A stretch of DNA of 64,000 nt from Nitrospirota bacterium (GTDB lineage: Bacteria; Nitrospirota; UBA9217): the NCBI GenBank assembly GCA_963705595.1, contig CAVPKD010000006.1:321781-385780 (forward strand), in the 5' to 3' direction. The translations under genes were made by a program, and so were the position numbers. Shown here in pieces: positions 59,165 to 64,000 of this stretch. The stretch's first letter is position 1, and each line of letters opens with the position of its first letter. The notes below the pieces were generated by a model. It searched no databases and was not told the DNA's origin. It saw only the letters and a program-made list of their open reading frames with translations.

Positions 59165-59526
59165 ATTATTCTATGATTACTCTTGCGCCTGGGATTCACC
59201 CATCATCCTGTCCCTCCGCCTGCAGGTTGCGCACTCAGAAACATCCTCCGAGCCATCTTCCCAGAGTATGATCCTGATGCCTGAGTTCCAGCAGACTGGG
59301 CAAAGAACACAGTGAGATTCGCTGAACCCCCGTTCTATGCTGAACCGTAATGTAGAATCTGCTGAAAACATAATGTCTATATGTTACCACTTTTTCAGAC
59401 ATGACGGGCGGGGGAACCGTTGTCGAAGGATTGATTTTCTCCAGCGACTGAGGCAGGAAGCGTTTAAAAAGAACAGCAGAACGCATAGTGTCTGCCGAAG
59501 CACGTATCACACGCGACACGGGTGCC

Positions 59527-59772
59527 TTACTCTTTTCCGATCCCGGAAAGGACGTACCCGACAACGGTGCCGATGATTGTGCCGATGGTCTCCCTGCCGA
59601 GGATATTCATAATGCCGAGAACGAGGATGAGCGGGAGGATGAAAGCTATTGCAAGGAACTGTATCGTTTTGGTCCCAATCGTCATATTCTGCTTTAGGAT
59701 AAGATAGAAAATTCCTCCAAGTCCGCCCGCCATGATAAGTGCACCGACCAATCCAATCCACCCCTGCATCAT
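59527..59772 (-). CDS. Small hypothetical membrane protein (81 aa, 3 TM helices)
   Basis: Gly-rich hydrophobic ORF MMQGWIGLVGALIMAGGLGGIFYL...; no family recognised. Confidence 0.4.
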   Translation of the reverse strand: MMQGWIGLVGALIMAGGLGGIFYLILKQNMTIGTKTIQFLAIAFILPLILVLGIMNILGRETIGTIIGTVVGYVLSGIGKE

Positions 59773-59952
59773 TCCTGCACCTCCGCCCTGTGAATTTTGT
59801 AACTAGTGAATGCCGGTCCCTGCAAAACAAAAATATTATAAGCAAGTTGCAGGAATTTGTCAAAGATGTACCTTTTTCCCCGGATTCTCCGTGTGAAACA
59901 TTTGCTGGTATCTTTTAACAGAAATGGGTAAAATAAAACATTGTTTCATGGT

Positions 59953-59980
59953 TTGACGTTCTGCTGTGTGTTGGTATAAT
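59953..59980 (+). promoter_or_regulatory. Strong sigma70 promoter with an extended -10
   Basis: TTGACG (59953-58), 16-nt spacer, TGgTATAAT (59972-80). Confidence 0.6.
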
Positions 59981-59999
59981 GTAATAAAAGGAGCGCCGT

Positions 60000-60926
60000 A
60001 TCAACAGGGTCCTGTACTCATTCGGCCTGATCATAGTTGCGGGATATATCTGGAGGTTTTTCAACCCCGGAGGCATTGACCGGCAGCGGGCGCGGCATGC
60101 TCTGAGCGTTACGGTCCTGCATTTTTTCCTGCCACCGCTTGCATTCATGCTCGTTGCAGGAGCTCATGTCGACAGGAGCTTTGTCTCGGTGCCGCTGACC
60201 GCGGCCGTTGTCACCGCTGCGGGGATCGCAGCGGGATTCGCAGTCTATAAACTGCTCCCATGGTTTAAGGATATATCTCACCCCTCATTCGGGGTCATGA
60301 TTCTCGCTGCGGCCTTCGGCAACGTGACTTATCTCGGCCTGCCGGTCATAACCGAGATGCTCGGCGCGCAGCATGGCTATGTAGCGATCCTCTATGACCT
60401 GCTCGCGACCACGCCCATCCTTCTGACGATCGGCGTGTTCATTGCCGCGCAGTACGGCAGCGGTGACCAGGTCTCGTTCGCTGCGGCTATTAGGCGCGTA
60501 CTCAGGCTCCCGCCGCTTTGGGGCGTAGCCGCCGGCATAGCTGTCCACGCTGGTGGCATCACGGTTCCGAAGATCGTACTGGAAACAGCAGGGCTCATGG
60601 GTAAGACCGTTATCCCCATCATGACATTCACGGTGGGGCTTGCCCTTGATTTCAGTGACCTGAGGCGTCTGCCAATCGCAATTCCAGCTCTCGTCCTCAA
60701 ACTGGTCGCGGCCCCGTTCCTTGCCTGGTGGGTGGGCTCGCGGTTCGGTGTAACCGGTGAGGCCCTCAAAGCGGTAACCATCGAGGGGGCGATGCCGGTG
60801 ATGGTCCTGTCGCTCGTGATAGCGGATGAGTTCGACCTTGATGTGCCGCTTGCCGCCTTGTGCATCACCGTATCGACGGTGGCGTTGTTCTTTACGATGC
60901 CGGTCGTGATGAAGATACTGTTCTGA
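60000..60926 (+). CDS. AEC (auxin efflux carrier) family transporter; the N-terminus lacks a canonical start codon
   Basis: In-frame INRVLYSFGLIIVAGYIWRF...LPPLAF precedes the track ATG at 60147; AAGGAG at 59988-93, then ATC at 60000; 308 codons fits the family size. Confidence 0.65.
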   Translation: MNRVLYSFGLIIVAGYIWRFFNPGGIDRQRARHALSVTVLHFFLPPLAFMLVAGAHVDRSFVSVPLTAAVVTAAGIAAGFAVYKLLPWFKDISHPSFGVMILAAAFGNVTYLGLPVITEMLGAQHGYVAILYDLLATTPILLTIGVFIAAQYGSGDQVSFAAAIRRVLRLPPLWGVAAGIAVHAGGITVPKIVLETAGLMGKTVIPIMTFTVGLALDFSDLRRLPIAIPALVLKLVAAPFLAWWVGSRFGVTGEALKAVTIEGAMPVMVLSLVIADEFDLDVPLAALCITVSTVALFFTMPVVMKILF

Positions 60927-61005
60927 GCAGCGAGCACCTCCATGCTGCATGCGCTTTGTTCAATTCACCGCGCGTCCTATAGTTAAATACATCGGGAGGG
61001 GTCCC

Positions 61006-61233
61006 ATGAGTGACAGACACGATCATTCGCACCAGCATCACGAACACGGGCACGAGGGGCATGAACATCACGGCTTGGTGGAGGTCACGCTTCTACTTGA
61101 GGATGAGCATCTTGATGCCCTGGACGAGGTCGCCGCGGAGATCAGCAAGGAGTTGAAGCAGTCGTGGGACCGCGGGGCAGTGGTGCGGCTGGCTCTGAGC
61201 GAGTTTTTCTCGCGGCGCGGGAAAATAACTTAG
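61006..61233 (+). CDS. Ribbon-helix-helix (CopG-like) protein with a His-rich N-terminal tail
   Basis: MSDRHDHSHQHHEHGHEGHEHHG, then VEVTLLLEDEHLDALDEVA...RGAVVRLALSEFF; GGGAGGGG RBS. Confidence 0.55.
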   Translation: MSDRHDHSHQHHEHGHEGHEHHGLVEVTLLLEDEHLDALDEVAAEISKELKQSWDRGAVVRLALSEFFSRRGKIT

Positions 61234-61364
61234 TCAGACAGGTTCTGGCAGAGGGGACGCGAAGAGGGAGGGACGCGGCAACTAGTTGTTGAAGACGCTT
61301 CCATCGTCTCTCCGTCGCGCAGTCTCCGCATCGTTTATTAGCATCGTAAACATCGGAGTCCGTC

Positions 61365-62237
61365 ATGGCATATGTTATTGGGAACAAGCGGTACCTCATT
61401 GATGTTCATGTACACGGAGCGGCCACATACGATACGCGCACGAGGAGGCAGGACGATATCCTCCAGATGGCGAACATCCACGGAGAGCGCGGCACGTCCG
61501 CCATGCTTCCCACCATTTATCCAGGCTCCATTGAATCGATGCGCGATAATATGGCCGCGGTGCAGCGCGCCATGGCAGCACAGCGGGAGGGGGCCCGGAT
61601 TCTGGGAGTGCATCTGGAAGGCCCTTTCCTGAATCCGGAGAGGGCAGGGTCTCTGGACGGACAGAGCTTTGCCGAGCCGTCTGTGGAAATGCTGACCCGT
61701 CTCGTTGAGGATTTTGAGGACATTATCAAGATCGTGACCATCGCCCCTGAACTGCCCGGGGCGCTTCGGGTGATCGAGGTATGCAGGGAAATGGGTTTCC
61801 TCGTGCACATGGGCCATAGCGACGCGACGTTCGAGCAGGCAGAGGAGGGAAAGCACGCTGGGGCCACGGGTATCACCCATGTATTCAACGCCATGCGGGG
61901 GTTTCATCACCGCGAACCCGGACTTGCCGGGTTTGGGCTTATGGACGAGGACGTTTTTGTTGAAGTTATCGCGGACATGGCGCACCTCCATCCGCAGAGT
62001 CTCAAAATGCTCTTTGATATGAAATCGCCGGACAAAATCGTCCTCATTTCAGACTCGGTTAAAGGGGCGGGCTGGGGGAACGGACCCATACGCGGTGCTG
62101 GGGGGATCCTACTGGGGAGCGGTATATGTCTTAAGGATGCCGTGAAGAACCTGATCTCCCTCGGTGTCCCTTCCGAGCGGGCGCTTCAGCTTGCCTCGGA
62201 TAATCCGATGAGATACCTGGGTATAACAGCTATCTGA
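61365..62237 (+). CDS. nagA: N-acetylglucosamine-6-phosphate deacetylase-like amidohydrolase, short form (290 aa)
   Basis: IDVHVHG, GVHLEGPFLN, VTIAPE, HMGHSDAT, THVFNAM, ADMAHLHP, LISDS; the small beta-sandwich domain segments seem absent. Confidence 0.75.
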   Translation: MAYVIGNKRYLIDVHVHGAATYDTRTRRQDDILQMANIHGERGTSAMLPTIYPGSIESMRDNMAAVQRAMAAQREGARILGVHLEGPFLNPERAGSLDGQSFAEPSVEMLTRLVEDFEDIIKIVTIAPELPGALRVIEVCREMGFLVHMGHSDATFEQAEEGKHAGATGITHVFNAMRGFHHREPGLAGFGLMDEDVFVEVIADMAHLHPQSLKMLFDMKSPDKIVLISDSVKGAGWGNGPIRGAGGILLGSGICLKDAVKNLISLGVPSERALQLASDNPMRYLGITAI

Positions 62238-62368
62238 AATTAGCATGTCAATATCCTCAATTCGCAATGATTTTCATACTATGAATGTCGAAACCGCCAC
62301 ACCTTTTTGATGCTTCAAGTTTGTTCAGAATTGAGACATGCGTATATTGCGCTTTTTGAATTTACTAT

Positions 62369-63019
62369 ATGCAACCCATCGGACTTCTCATATTTGATCT
62401 CGATGGCACATTGGTGAACACCCTTGAGGACATTACCGCCTCTGTGAACCACACCCTCACGCATCTCGGCAAGCATCCCATTTCCCAGGATGCCGTCAGG
62501 AAGTATGTAGGTGACGGGATCGAAGCCCTGCTCATTCGTTCTCTCGGCGGCAGAGCGGAGCGCATTGACGAGGCTGTGGCTGTTTACAAGGATCACCACC
62601 GCCGTAACCTCGTTGTCCACTCTTTACTTTATCCAGCCGTGCGGGAGGCGCTCGGGCACTTTAAGGCGTTGCCGATGGCTGTGATCAGCAATAAGACGAT
62701 GGAATTTGTCGGCCCGCTGCTTGAACGGCTGGGCATTGCGGGATATTTCAAGATCATCATCGGCGCGGATTCCGGCCTGCCGCTCAAGCCAGCTCCGGAT
62801 TCGGTATGGAGGATCATGTCCGCGTTCGGAGTTTCCAAGGAACAGACCGTGATTGTGGGCGACGGGACCACGGACGTGCGTGCGGGAAAGGCTGCCGGCA
62901 TCATAACCTGTTCCGTGACCTACGGCTTCCGGTCCGAAGAAGAGTTGAGGAAAGCCGGTCCTGACTACATCATCCGGACCCTTTCAGACCTGCAAAAGCT
63001 CTTTAGGCCTGCTACCTGA
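62369..63019 (+). CDS. HAD-superfamily phosphatase (phosphoglycolate phosphatase-like)
   Basis: LLIFDLDGTLVNT (motif I), ISNK (motif II), VGDGTTDVRAGKAAG (motif IV). Confidence 0.8.
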   Translation: MQPIGLLIFDLDGTLVNTLEDITASVNHTLTHLGKHPISQDAVRKYVGDGIEALLIRSLGGRAERIDEAVAVYKDHHRRNLVVHSLLYPAVREALGHFKALPMAVISNKTMEFVGPLLERLGIAGYFKIIIGADSGLPLKPAPDSVWRIMSAFGVSKEQTVIVGDGTTDVRAGKAAGIITCSVTYGFRSEEELRKAGPDYIIRTLSDLQKLFRPAT

Positions 63020-63193
63020 TCCAATCATGCGCCGAATTTGGTCTTTACTATTCCGGTCTGATTGGTTAATATGTTGGTATGCTTCAACGCGTTATTGAAA
63101 AGTCCAGACTGGAAACTGGGAAATATTAAGGAGTTTGATTAACTTTTTTATTTTACAAGCTTTAACTTCCAAATTTCCAATAAAGGAGTTCCT

Positions 63194-64000
63194 ATGTCCC
63201 ATCCGCAAGCAACGAAAGCGCCCCACGGCCATCCCAGCGGCGCGGGAGCAGAAAAGAAATATCTCCCACGTCTGATAGCCTGGGAGGTAACGCGCAGCTG
63301 CGTGCTGAACTGCGTCCACTGCCGCGCCGCGGCCAAATACGGCCCGTACCCGGGTGAGCTCACAACCGAGGAGTGCTTCCGCTTCCTCGACGACGTTAAG
63401 TCCTTCAGCGATCCTATCATCATCCTTACGGGCGGCGAGCCCATGATGCGGCCCGATATATACGACATCGCCAAGTACGGCACGAAGCTCGGCCTGCGCA
63501 TGGTGATGGCGCCCTGTGGCCTGCTCGTGACCGAAGAGCTTGCCCAGAAGATCAAGGACTCAGGCATCATGCGGGTATCACTATCCATCGACGGACTGAC
63601 CGCCGAAAGCCATAATGCCTTCCGCCGCGTGGAAGGAGCCTTTGAGGGCGTGATGAAGGCCATCGAGAACTTCAAGAAGGTCGGGGTGGAGTTCCAGGTG
63701 AATACGACCATCACGAAGCACAATGTCAAAGACCTGCCGAAGCTCCTCGAGATGGTGATCAAGCTGGGTGCCGTTGCCTATCATCCGTTCCTGCTCGTCC
63801 CCACCGGACGCGGCAAGGAACTCGCGGACCAGGAGATCCCGCCCGAGGAATACGAGAGTACGCTCAAGTGGTTCTATGAGATGCGCGACAAGGTGCCGAT
63901 CCAGTTCAAGCCCACCTGTGCACCGCATTACTACCGAATCTTCCGGCAGGGCGAAAAGGAGAAGGGGAAGACCGTCACCCCCGAGTCTCACGGCTTCGAT
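63194..64000 (+). CDS. Radical SAM protein of the NirJ/AhbC/AhbD (alternative heme/heme d1) type, 5' partial at the window end
   Basis: AAGGAG RBS then ATG 63194; TRSCVLNCVHCRA (CX3CX2C), IIILTGGEPMMRPD, FQVNTTITKHN, HPFLLVPTGRG; frame open to base 64000; not in the track because it has no stop. Confidence 0.8.
   Translation, partial: MSHPQATKAPHGHPSGAGAEKKYLPRLIAWEVTRSCVLNCVHCRAAAKYGPYPGELTTEECFRFLDDVKSFSDPIIILTGGEPMMRPDIYDIAKYGTKLGLRMVMAPCGLLVTEELAQKIKDSGIMRVSLSIDGLTAESHNAFRRVEGAFEGVMKAIENFKKVGVEFQVNTTITKHNVKDLPKLLEMVIKLGAVAYHPFLLVPTGRGKELADQEIPPEEYESTLKWFYEMRDKVPIQFKPTCAPHYYRIFRQGEKEKGKTVTPESHGFD

Noticed and set aside
59177-59371. 64-aa CxxC...CxxC ORF on the minus strand after ampG
   Set aside because: It has a zinc-ribbon-like Cys spacing (CVLCPVC...CATC), but no RBS and no recognisable family, and it overlaps other equally long ORFs. 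The evidence is insufficient.

Overview
Chromosomal window (~55% GC) from an anaerobic, sulfur-metabolising bacterium. I saw no rRNA, tRNA, CRISPR array, transposase or integrase. Four blocks: (1) 1-20.5 kb housekeeping: glnB-glnA, adk, a minus-strand hisC-B-H-A-F operon, a DUF255 thioredoxin-like gene, then minus-strand rho-rpmE-DUF1385-prfA-prmC-murA-hisD-hisG. (2) 20.7-24.6 kb: Rieske plus split cytochrome b complex, a GT2 and a radical SAM/SPASM gene. (3) 24.7-46 kb, the most interesting part, is a sulfur-trafficking and stress island. It holds two paralogous PAS-type sigma54 activators, a sigma54 promoter driving three tandem USP genes plus a YeeE/YedE permease, and a heme-c-motif sensor kinase that lacks the acceptor His. 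It also holds a second YeeE-TusA pair and two divergent paralogous operons of compact DsrE/DsrF/DsrH-like proteins, one led by TusA and one ending in a secreted rhodanese. Two of these genes are 55-56 codons, below the ORF-track cutoff. (4) 46.8-64 kb, envelope genes: Zn-ribbon/DUF2318/FtsX-ABC module, OMP, a beta-helix/FN3 protein with a CFIATAAYG tail, a 1266-aa NHL/FN3/transglutaminase/TPR protein, AmpG, AEC transporter, His-rich RHH, minimal NagA, HAD phosphatase and a partial AhbC/D (NirJ)-like radical SAM gene. Two window-wide signals stand out. About 43 single-nucleotide frame disruptions are concentrated in roughly 9 kb of conserved genes. Nearly every intercistronic spacer carries a long imperfect inverted repeat, and in the three repeats checked base by base G-U wobble pairs let it fold only on the coding-strand transcript.
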